From NCBI RefSeq assembly GCF_018350175.1, contig NC_058368.1, positions 219,234,001-219,298,000 of the forward strand: DNA of 64,000 nt. The letters run 5' to 3'. The translations under genes were made by a program, and so were the position numbers. The notes beneath the pieces were generated by a model. The model did no database searches. It saw nothing but the letters and a program-made list of their open reading frames with translations, and was not told the DNA's origin. This document shows positions 25,699 to 36,545 of the stretch, in pieces (within the stretch, counting starts at the first letter, position 1; each line of letters opens with the position of its first letter). Source of the stretch: Felis catus. Its lineage: Eukaryota.

Positions 25699-27600
25699 AG
25701 CAACTCATTCTCCTTAAAGTGTGTATGGCCCTTTTGGAATATGTATAGAAGCCATCTATATTTGCTGAGAGCTATTCTAACCTCAGGGTTTAAAATAATA
25801 GGCAACACAAGTAGTATTATTGCTATACTGTATTATATTAATATATGTTATGATGCTATATTTACAATATTTATAACATATAATAGTATATTGCAACACT
25901 ATATTATTTCTAGAATTTGATACGACATCACCAAAGGACTAACAATAATTTCTCCTCCCCATATTCTGAAGTCATTGATAGTCCATTTTGTCTATTCAAT
26001 GAAATGTTATGTAAAATAGCCTGCATTTAAAGGTAGTCTAGTAATACATCATGAGGAAAGAGATATAAAGCAAACATTTTCAGATTGTTTCAAGGTTTTT
26101 GTTGTTGTTCCATTACAATAAACAAGCTAAAAGTTTTGAATTGCATATATAATTAAATGGGTCTAGTTTCTTCATAGTGTCAACCATATAATAACTTTAC
26201 TATTGAAATATATATCACTTATTTTTTTTTACAGTAAAATAGTAATTCATCAGAAGAATCACATTGCTTTGGGCAGAAAAAGGTATGTTTGTTTTAAATA
26301 TAATTCCATATAAGCATTGTTCCACGTACTGATTAAAAACAGTAAATTCTGAACTAAAATTTCCCTTAGCCAATTTAATCCTGGCCTACATTTCAAAGCA
26401 TTATTCAAAAATATGCTATATAGTATTATCTTTATGGGTCGATAAGGTCAATTCTGAAGCAAATCAATATAAATAAATCTCAAAGAGTTGTGCCATTGCA
26501 ATGGCAGTTTTGAATTAAAAGAAAGACAATAACCTTTTCCATTCTAATGTTTCCAAAATATGTGCATTCCTATATTGCTATGTTGCATTGGTGCACTGAC
26601 TGCCACGATGGGGAATTTAAAAAAAATAGTTATGAGCTGTTTCTAGAATTCAATAACCTGGCAACCTGCAGTTCGTGATGGTTAGAGCCATGCTAATCAT
26701 TTTGGAAATCATTCGGATATCATTTTATAATACCAGTGAGAGTGGAAGTGTCAAATTATTTAGCTTTATATTGTTTTAATTCCATAATTAAGTAATTGGA
26801 CTTGGAACAAACAGTTTACTACTTCCGTTTTAATTAACATTTCACTATATAACTGTAGTACTCACTAAAAACACTATCTTCTGCATACAGAACCAATTAT
26901 GATATGCATTATTGTAAGTAATAAAATGTTTTACTAATCAAACATTTATGTGGATCAGACATTTTTATGCAATGGCAATTATAAGAAAAAGAATCAGGTT
27001 ACCAGTGACAAATGGTCTTAATTAGAGTTGAACATGTCTGGATTAGTCGTATTTTGTGTTCCTACTTAAAGTAGTCTTTCTTTAGAGGGACTTAGATTAC
27101 TTTTACAATTTATTTAAATATTTTAAGATTCTAGCTAAGAACTATTATTCTTACTTGGTACTCTATTTTGATGACATGGTTATATTACTAATATAGGAAT
27201 TTAAAGAACTAAACTTATTTGATTGATGGGTAGAGGTATCTAAATAGCAATGAAGTTTTTACTAGCATAAAGAATTATAAAACATTATGAATTCTGATTT
27301 GCATTTATAATTTAGAGAGTCCCTTGGCTTAGATTATTTACACGGCAAACATATCCCTAAAGGTCTCATAAATAATACAGAAAACTCAGTAATTTTTTTC
27401 TTATTGGATTGATATTTGACTCAGTCTGCACAAGTCAAAATCCTGTGTCAATAGAAGAATATCTCAATTAGGTTTATGGATATGTATATTAAAACTAGAT
27501 ATTTTGATTACTGAAATATTTCATAATTTACTATTTTAGTAGGACTTTTGGCATTTGATAATTTGTTATAACTATAAAAGTAGCTAGAGAAGGGTATTTT

Positions 27601-27623
27601 TCTCTCTCTCTTTCTCTACCTCC

Positions 27624-27669
<46 letters not shown>
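27601..27669. repeat. (CT)n microsatellite
   Basis: Read directly. Confidence 0.93.
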
Positions 27670-27673
<4 letters not shown>

Positions 27674-28539
27674 AACAAGGGAAGACAGGTCCTCCCGCCA
27701 CCCCCACTATCTGAAAGTGGAGCATTTCTATGAAAGCTTTCATAAGCTGAAATGGTATAAAGTGAAGAAGCAATTATCATTAATTTATGTGGAAAAAAAA
27801 TTTATCACTCCAAGATCTCCCTCACCCCAAAATAACCTCTTAGGCTTTTTTGATATATTAGGATGTGTCTTGCTGGCAGACACAAAATAATTCAAGGTAA
27901 AGCACAGATACAGAGCCAGGTCAAAGCTCTGGCAGCTTGTTGGCGGGATGCTGAGTGTAGGTCCCAGGGAAAGAGCATGGCGGTGCCACTTTCACTGCTG
28001 CTGCTGGAGTGCACACTGCTCTGTAAGGGCTCACTGCAAAACAAATGCTGAACGTTATATTGCCTCACACTTTATTTGTCAATGGAAAAATCCCCTTTGT
28101 ATTTCCTTTGGTTAACAAAAACAGGTATGAAAGTCTTTCGTAAAAGTGAAGTGGCTTATCGAGCTTTTTAAAAGTGGGAAGTATGTGTATAATAATAAAA
28201 TTTATGACCTGAGTTTGATATTTTATCAAGGGCCATATTTATTCAACATAGTAATGAAAATTCTAGCCACAGCAATTAGACAAGAAAAAGCAACAGGGCA
28301 TCTATATTGGTAAAAAAAAAAAAAAAGTTAAACTGTTAACTGTTTGCAGATGACATGATACTATACATAGAAAATCTGAAAGACTCAACCAAAAAGTTCC
28401 TAGAAGTAATAAATGAATTCAGTAAAGCTATAGTATACAAAAGTAATAGCCAAACATTGGTAATGCTTCTATACACTAATAACAAAGTAGCAGAAAAAGA
28501 AATCAACAAAACATTTCCATTTACAATAACATCAAAAAC

Positions 28540-28648
28540 GGGGTACCTGGTTGGCTCAGTCAGTAGAGCATGTGACTCTCAGTTTCAGGGTTGTGAGTTC
28601 AAGCCCTGCATTAGGGATGGAGCCTAATTAAAACAAAACAAAACAAAC
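28540..28648 (+). mobile_element. Short tRNA-Lys-derived Can-SINE without CT tract
   Basis: 'ggggtacctggttggctcagtcagtagagcatgtgactctc...gttcaagccc' followed by an A-rich tail. Confidence 0.85.
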
Positions 28649-29790
28649 ACCAATAAGAGTAAACTTAATCAAAGAAGTGAAAGACTTGTACTCTGAAAAA
28701 TACAAAACACTGATGAAAGGATTTAAATATGACACAAATGGAAATATATTCCATGCTCATAGATTGGAGGAATTTGTATTATTGAAATATCCATAATACC
28801 AGAAACAATATACAGATCCAATGCAATCTATATCAAAATACCAACAACAGTTTTCACAAAACTAGAATAAATGACATTAAAATTTGCACGGAACCACAAA
28901 AGACCTCAAATACTCAAAGTAATCTTGAGAAAGAAGAACAAAGCTAAAGGTATCATAATTCCAGATTTCAAGTATTACTACAAAGCTGTTATAATCAAAA
29001 CAATATAATACTGGCACAAAAATAGACATAGATCAATGAAACAGAATAGAGCACCCTGAAATAAACTCATGCTTATATGGTCAGCAATTTATGACAAAGG
29101 AGGCAAGAATATACAATGGAGAGAAAAGTTTCTTCAGTAAATGGTGCTAGGCAAACTGGACAGCTATTTGCAAAAGAATGAAACTGGACCACATTCTTAT
29201 ACCATCTACAAAAATAAACTCAAAATGGATTAAAGACCTACATTTGATACCTGAAACCATAAAAACTATCAAAGACAACACACACAGAAATTACTCTGAC
29301 ATAGTCATGGCAATGTTTCCAAAATAAAAAAGCTTTTGCAGAGCGAAGAAAACCATCAACAAAACAAAAATCCAACCTCCTGAATGGAAGAAGATATTTG
29401 CAAAAGATATATCTGATAAGGGGTTAATATCCAAAATGTATAAAGAACTTATATAACTCAACACCAAGAACAAAAACAAAAATAAACAAACAAAAACACA
29501 GCAATCCAATTAAAAAACAGGCAGAGGGCCTGAATAGACATTTTTCCACAGAAGGCATACAGGTGGCCAACAGACGTGAAAAGATGCTCAATATCACTCA
29601 TCATGAGGGAAATGTAAATCAAAACCACAATGAGATATCTTCCACAACAAGATACACCTGTCAGAATGGCTAAAATAAAAAGACAAGAAATAATGAATTT
29701 GGCAAGTATGTGGAAAAAAAAGGAACCCTTGTCCACTACTGGTAGGAATGTAAACTCATGCAGCCACTGTGGAAAGCAGTATAGAGGTTC

Positions 29791-29903
29791 AGGAATGCCT
29801 AGCTGGCTCAGTTAGAACAATATATGACTCTTGATCTCAGGGTCATGGGTTCAAGGCCCACACTGTGGGTAGAGATTACTTAAATGAATAAATAAAAACT
29901 TAA
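29791..29903 (+). mobile_element. Short tRNA-Lys-derived Can-SINE without CT tract
   Basis: 'gcctagctggctcagttag...gactcttgatctcagggtcatgggttcaaggccc...agagattacttaaa'; degenerate TSD gaaagcagtatagagg / gaaaacagtatggagc. Confidence 0.88.
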
Positions 29904-30431
29904 GAAAACAGTATGGAGCTGCATAAAAAAATTGAAAATAGAAATAGCTTATGATTCAGTAATTCCAATACTGGGTATTTACCCAAAATAAATGAAAACA
30001 CTAATTCAAAAAGATATATGCAGCTCTGTGTTTATTGCAGCATTATGTATAATTGTCATGATGTGGAAGCAAGCCAAATTCATTGGTAGATGAATGGATA
30101 AAGAAGATACAGTATATATACATAATGCCATATTATGCAGCTTTAAAAAAGGACAAGATTGTGCCATTTCCAACAACATGAATGGACTTAGATTGTATTA
30201 TGCTAAGTGCAATAAGTCAGACTGAGAAAGGCAAAAATACGTATTGGTCTATTTCTGAATTTTTTTTCTTAACATAAGAAACAAGGTAAGGAACACACCA
30301 CAACTGATTCTATATAGATTTATACTAGAGTTCCTATTCATTTCCGTAAGGCAAGAAATCAGAACAATTAGAAATATGTATAACTGCCCTTTGACAAATG
30401 GCATGATTATTTACAAAGAAAGCCCTATGCA

Positions 30432-30830
30432 TTTTAGATTCCACATGTAAGTGATATGGTATTTGTGTTTCTCTGACTTATTTCACTTAGCATATTACCC
30501 TGTGGGTCCATTCATGTTAACTAACACACAGAACAGAAATAATCTCATAAATATAGAGAACAAATGGGTGGCTGATGGTGGGGTGGTGATGGGCAAAATA
30601 GATGAAGAGAATTAAGATGTACATGATTCCAGTTATTGAATAAATCACAGGGATAAAAAACCAAGGCATAGGGAATACAGTCAATAATATTGTAATAACA
30701 GTGTGCAGTGACAGACGTTGACGATACTTAGGTAGTAAGCTCTGTGTAATGTATAGAATTGTGGAATCACTGTGTTGTACACTTGAAACTAATATAACAT
30801 CGTTTCTCAACTGTACTTCAATTAAAATAT
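30432..30830 (+). mobile_element. Short carnivore L1 3' end with 5' inversion (twin-priming structure)
   Basis: 30432-30518 is antisense ORF2 C-terminus; 30519-30830 is sense 3' UTR ending 'caactgtacttcaattaaaa'; flanks aaagccctatgca / aaaggccaatgga (10/13). Confidence 0.8.
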
Positions 30831-31289
30831 AAAGGCCAATGGAATCTGTAAAAGCTATTAGAATCAATAAGTGAATTTAGCAAATAAAAGTCAATATACA
30901 AAAAAGTTACATTTTTAGATACTAGAAGCAAAACTTAGAAATTATTTCCAGATAGAAAATATTTTAAAAATAATTTAAAATAGCACCCAAAAGTATAAAA
31001 TATTTAATAATATGTTAAACAGAAGACACGCCAAAACATCACCAGGCTACTTTAAATTATTGACAGAAGATACTAGAGAAGACCCAAATAAATATAGAAA
31101 CAGAATGAGCTAATGAATTAGAAAATCTGATATTGTTTACATGTCAGCTCCCAACAAATTGACCTGTGGATTTATTGAATTCACAAAAAAAATCCAAAAT
31201 TATTTTTTTTACAAATGGACGTTGCTTGTAATATTTACATAACAAATTAAAAGACCTAAAATAGCTAAACAATCTTGAAATGATGAATA

Positions 31290-31520
31290 GAGGTCTCTGG
31301 GTGGCTCAGTCAGTTAAGCGACTGACTCGGTTTTGGCTCAGGTCATGATCTCATGTTTGCTGAAACTGAGCCCCATGTCAGGCTCTGCACTGACAGCATA
31401 GAACCTGCTTGGGATTCTCTCTCCCCTGTCTCACTGCCCCTCCCTTGATCATGTGCATTCACACACATGCTGCCTGTAAATAAATAAATTAAATAAACAA
31501 ACAAACTTAAAATATAAAAA
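31290..31520 (+). mobile_element. Can-SINE
   Basis: Head 'ctgggtggctcagtcagttaagcg'; TSD gaaatgatgaata / gaaattatgaata. Confidence 0.95.
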
Positions 31521-31751
31521 GAAATTATGAATAAACTTGATTCTAAGAATTAATATAAAACTACAATAACCACTAGAGTGTGGCATTTGTGTAAGGAAAA
31601 TCAAATCAATGAAGCAGAAAAGAAAACCAAAGATAATCATACATTTATTTTCAACAAAGATGCCTAGGCAGTTCACTGATGTTTGGATAACAGAGAAAAT
31701 TAACAAATCTTGAACCTTACCGTATACCAGACTCTAAAATTAAAGATGGGT

Positions 31752-31799
31752 ATCAGGCTCTGTGCTGACAGCTCGGAGCCTGGAGCCTGCTTCAGATTC

Positions 31800-31839
<40 letters not shown>

Positions 31840-31901
31840 CATCCCCTGCTCCTGCTCTGTCTCTGTCTCTTAAAAATAAATAAACATTAAAAAATATGTT
31901 T
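31752..31901 (+). mobile_element. 5'-truncated Can-SINE (SINEC_Fc type)
   Basis: Starts mid-element at 'atcaggctctgtgctgacagc'; exact 15-bp TSD aaattaaagatgggt. Confidence 0.95.
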
Positions 31902-33879
31902 AAATTAAAGATGGGTCGTATGCCTAAATCAAAACAGTGACACTATGAAACTTCTAGAAGAACACATCAAGCAGTATTTTCATGGTAAGGAAGGATTTTT
32001 AATGAGAATACCTAAATCACTACAAAGAAAATTTGCTAAATTGACTTCATTAATACAAAAACATCTGATCACCAGAGCCACCACTAACAAATGAAGTACC
32101 AGCCATAGAGTCAGGGAAAATACTCACAAGAGATATATCTGACTCTTATATAATAGTGCTAATGAATTCTCAGAAATCAGTAATTAATGTTAAAAAAATA
32201 GATCCTAAATAGGCCCCCCAAAATGAATATTTCACAAAAGAAGATAAAAGAATGGTCAATAAGGAAATGAAAGATATGCAACATCATTTAATCATGAAGG
32301 AAATGTAACCACATGAAATATCACCACACACTAGGATGCTAAAATAAAAGATCCTGGCAGGATAACTTGGATGTGCTGGAGAAAAACTGAGACTTCCTGC
32401 CTTTCTGGAAAGAGCATAAAATGGTTGGAACATTGTGGAATAGTCTGATGGTATTTTTTAAAAATAAAGTTAAAGATAAATCTATTCTATAACCCGGTAT
32501 TCTCATTCCTACATATTTAGCCCAGAATGAAAAACAAATCAACAGAACAATTTCTACAGGAGTAATTGTTATACAGATATCCCTACAGCCAAAATAGGAA
32601 ACAAACAAAATGCCCAGCAAAAGGGAAATAGAAAGAGAAATTACACTGCAGGAAAACTCCAGACACACAATTGTGTATAAAAGTTTTATTCAAAATAGAC
32701 AAAATCATGAAATACGCTAAATGTCTGCTAATAGTTTATTATATGAACAAATACTTTAAACATACAATGGAATACTATCCAGCAATAAAATAGAGTGCAT
32801 TTAAGTGCATGCAATTAAGTGAAAAGAGTCAAACAAAAGAGAGTACATACAGAATGATTGTATGAGGAGATAAAAGTATACCATTTTGTAAAAAAAAAAA
32901 AAAAATCAAACATGAAATTACTTAGCATAGTGGAAGTTGACTAGAAGATGTTTGGTTTGACAGAGATCTAAATCTTGCTTGGGTTTTGATCACATTTACC
33001 TAAACTCAATAAATCATACCTATCATGTATGCACTTTAATTTATGTAAATTTTATCCAAAATAAGTGATTCATAAGGCTATTTGCTTTCATTTAGAAAAT
33101 ACTGGAACTGGAAATTAACATTAGATTTTTGTCAGAAATATATTACTTTTAGTAAGTAATAAAAGACAATTTAAATTGAATAGTATTTACTGCAATATTT
33201 GTATATTGAAATTTTTACAATTCAAAGATCTCTGTTAACAATTCAAAAGAATTTAAATAATGAGGAAATAAAAGCTATAATTCTTTAATTTTGATGAATA
33301 CATTCGTAGATCCATCTCAGTGGATTTTGTATTGTAAATGTGTAGAATTTGATTTATCATTTGACAACCAAAAGTTTCAAAAAGCTGAGCATCTTTGGAT
33401 TCTATTTTCCTTTTTAAAAATAATCAATTTCAGCTATTTTCATGATAACCTGTTTGATCACACATTTTTTAAGAAGGAAAGATTGACAGATAAAGCATTT
33501 TAAAAGGACAAAAACATTAAGATAATTTGATGACTTCATTGATGCCATTAATCTAATTTCCTTGAAGCTATTCAGTTGACCACTGTGCACTAGAAACTAA
33601 GGTTTGTAAGTGGCCTCTGCAAGCTTGAATGTAATTTCGCACATGAAATATAATACAGTAACGGAATTTAAAAAATATATCTATTTTGTTTATAAATATT
33701 GCTATTGTGGTGTCATGAGTTTTATATTTTTTTATTTTATTTTATTTTAGTGTGTCAAATTTCAAAACATTGTGTTTCTAATACCATTTGCCTTTATTGT
33801 TTTAAAATTTCCTTAATTCTTATGTAAAATATGTGGCCTTGTTTAAAGTCATTTTCATTTTTAGACCTACTTTTGTTGA

Positions 33880-34560
33880 TTTTTAATATTTCATGTTGCC
33901 AGCATATAATCAGAATGGTGCGATTCCATTGGAATTTACTGAGGGCTGACCTATACTCTTTTTCATACACAATTTTTCAAAAAATCACATTGTATCTGAA
34001 AAAATTATTTCTTCTGTGTAAAATTCTTTCTTGTAAAATTCAAACTCAATCACTCATGCATTAAAAATGACAAATTGTATTGGGATTTGAGATGTAGTAA
34101 ATTTCTGACTAAATTTTCCTTTTACCTATTTTTCCATATTTTATAATTTGGTCTACTAACAGTTGTTTCTTTATAGATATTTGAGTTTTTATTATTTTCC
34201 ATATATTCATTATTATAATATCTGTGTAGCATCTTTATGAAATGTCTGTTGGTTATGTTTTTTAAATTTGCGTTTGTCTGACAGAGAAGATGCTACCAAT
34301 CAGATTCTTTGTCACCTCATTGTCATTTTTAATTGGCCTTTCTTCTACATTCAACATTTTCTATACCTTAAGTTTTAAGTGTGTTTCTTGAACACACCAT
34401 TACTTATTATTAAAATCCAGTCTGAAAATCCATCATTTATTAGTAAATTCAACCCATTTTTATTTACTATTTTTACTGTCATTGAGATTCATTTCTTGCA
34501 AATAAGTGTTCTCTTCTATATACTTTTTTCTTTCTCCTCTCTTGCATTTAATATAAAAGA
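33880..34560 (-). mobile_element. Very old L1 (L1ME-like) fragments
   Basis: 'aagttttaagtgtgtttcttgaacacacc...taaaatccagtctgaaaatc...aacccattttta' is antisense L1-like. Confidence 0.45.
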
Positions 34561-35278
34561 TCAAAGATTTTTTTCTGCTTATTTCAAATTATGTAGGTGT
34601 GGATATAATATAAAATTCACTGAGATTATCTGATTTTCCACTGAGAAAAATGATTTTTTTCACCTGATTATTCCTCTACAGTACTTGTTTATACTGTAAA
34701 ATTTCTACAAACCATCTTGCAATACAATTAGATGTTATCAGTGGTTTTAACATTTTTAATGTAAACTTAAGTCATGGAATACTTCCATATTAATCTTTAT
34801 ATTACCCTATAATTTGCCTAATATTCTGGAATAGAATTCATACAAAATTGTTTTTAAGTAAAATTTTATTAAAGGTAAATACACTTAGATTTATTCCTAA
34901 GAAAGGATATATAAATAACTTTAAAATATAGCTTTTTAGAATCAAATGTTAACAGCAAAAAATTATATTAAGCATTACCAGAGCATATTATGTTATATTG
35001 ATGACATAAATAGCTAATTCTACAGTGGATAAGGATAAATTTTATGTTCAGGATTTTAATAGTTTTCTTCTAGACATAGTTGCCAAAACTATTGCAAAAT
35101 ATGATGTGTTGCCTAAGTCTGTGGTAAGTCTTTGAATCCAGTAGATATCATTGCACGATTAATATTGGAAAGCATTTCAACTTTATGCTAAGAGAAAGGT
35201 TAAGTGAATGAACTGTTAATATCATGCTTAACCGTGAGATTTTTGTGACCGTAAGTGCTATGCCTAGGCCTCCTATTA

Positions 35279-35545
35279 GGGGTCCCTGGGTGTCTCCATC
35301 AGTGAGTGTCCTACTCTTGGTTTTGGCTCAGGTCACAATCTGGCAGTTTGTGAGTTCGAGCCCGGCCTAGGGCTCTGTGCTGATAGCACATAGTGCTGAT
35401 AGGAGTCTGCTTGGGATTCTGTCTCTCGCTCACTCTCTGCCCCTCCCCTGCTTGCTTGTGCATATGCTCGCTCGCTCGCTCTGTCCCTCTCTCTCTCTCA
35501 AAATAAATATATAAACTTAAACAAAATTAAAAGCAAATAAATAAA
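35279..35545 (+). mobile_element. Can-SINE (older subfamily)
   Basis: Head 'ggggtccctgggtg...ggctcaggtcac', internal duplicated 'gtgctgatag', CT tract, A tail. Confidence 0.93.
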
Positions 35546-35604
35546 AGTAGCTATGTAGGCTATCCCTTAAGAGTAAAAATGTTCCTGAAAACCTATGGAA
35601 ATCA

Positions 35605-35815
35605 GAAGCACCTGGGTGGCTCAGTGGGTGAGTGTCCAACTTCGGCTCAGGTCATGACCTCATGGTTTGTGGATTGGAACTCAGTGTCAGGCTCTGTGCT
35701 GACAGCTCAGAGCCTGGAGCCTGCTTCAGATTCTGTGTCTCCTTCTCTCTCTACCCCTCCCCCACTCGTGTTCTGTCTCTCAAAAATAAATGTAAGAACA
35801 AAATTAAAAAAAATA
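35605..35815 (+). mobile_element. Can-SINE (SINEC_Fc type)
   Basis: Full SINE; TSD ctatggaaatca. Confidence 0.96.
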
Positions 35816-36452
35816 CTATGGAAATCATGCATGTAAAAAAAAACAGTGCTTCAATATGAATTATACTAATAATTGACAGTGGTTACCTTGATACAACAAA
35901 TGAATTCCCTATGTATGAAAAATTTCACATCATTTACATCATTTCTTTTGCAGCCTGAGAATTCCTCAACTGCCTGGTGAGAGATCATAAGTATGCTTGT
36001 TTCAGTGGGTTGTGATGTGGACAGGTGGGATTAGAATCCTTAGCTTTACATTACAAGCAGCAGAATTTTTGTTACTTTCCTTTTGAAAATGTGCAAATAG
36101 AAATATGCAATTTGAGTAAGTGAGAAGAAAGGATTCTAACACAACTTTCACAACTTTCATGTGTTGTTTTCTCAGAAATTCCATACTATATTAGTAATCA
36201 TGCATCCCCAAAATCACTATCCTGATCTTAAAAAAAACGTTGTCATATTTTTATTTTACCTTTGCTTTGTAGAGACAGGCAAAATGTTAACTGTATCTGC
36301 TATTACACTCATTCACACATGAATTTTAAAAATCATAAAATTATTTTTTTCTCAATTGTTGATTCATTTCTATAGTTTTGCTTGTGTTCTTGTTTTTCAG
36401 TAGTATGGTGGAAATATGGCTTACACATTTTGTTATGTTCAAATTATATCTT

Positions 36453-36545
36453 CATTAGAAATAGATTAGAAATCTATTATGAAATCTATTATGAAATCTA
36501 TTAGAAATCTATTATGATTAGAAATCATTAGAAATAGATTAGAAA
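36453..36545. repeat. 11-12-bp unit tandem repeat (ATTA[T]GAAATCT)
   Basis: About 8 variant units; first and last 20 bp identical (cattagaaatagattagaaa). Confidence 0.9.

Larger units (their letters stand above)
28235..30240 (+). mobile_element. L1 ORF2 (RT to C-terminus) pseudo-coding fragment with two short SINE insertions
   Basis: 'ctgtttgcagatgacatgatactatacatagaaaat' encodes LFADDMILYIEN (L1 RT catalytic motif); ORF2-like sequence with stops and frameshifts runs to ~30240; no 3' UTR or poly(A) follows. Confidence 0.92.
30320..33065 (+). mobile_element. Older L1M ORF2 3' half plus 3' UTR, interrupted by a younger L1 and two SINEs
   Basis: Decayed RT motif 'tttgacaaatggcatgattatttacaaagaaa' resumes after the insertion at 'gaatctgtaaaagctattagaatcaataagtgaatttagc'; later ORF2 and 3' UTR landmarks. 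Confidence 0.75.

Noticed and set aside
28355..28627. RT-like ORF 'MILYIENLKDSTKK...'
   Set aside because: Fragment of a dead L1 ORF2 reading into a SINE; not a gene
28540..29903. tRNA-Lys genes at 28540 and 29791
   Set aside because: Degenerate stems, SINE-type 5' leader, A tails and insertion within L1 mark them as retroposed SINEs
36453..36545. CRISPR-like repeat array
   Set aside because: Contiguous 11-12-bp units with no unique spacers, no cas genes, mammalian context
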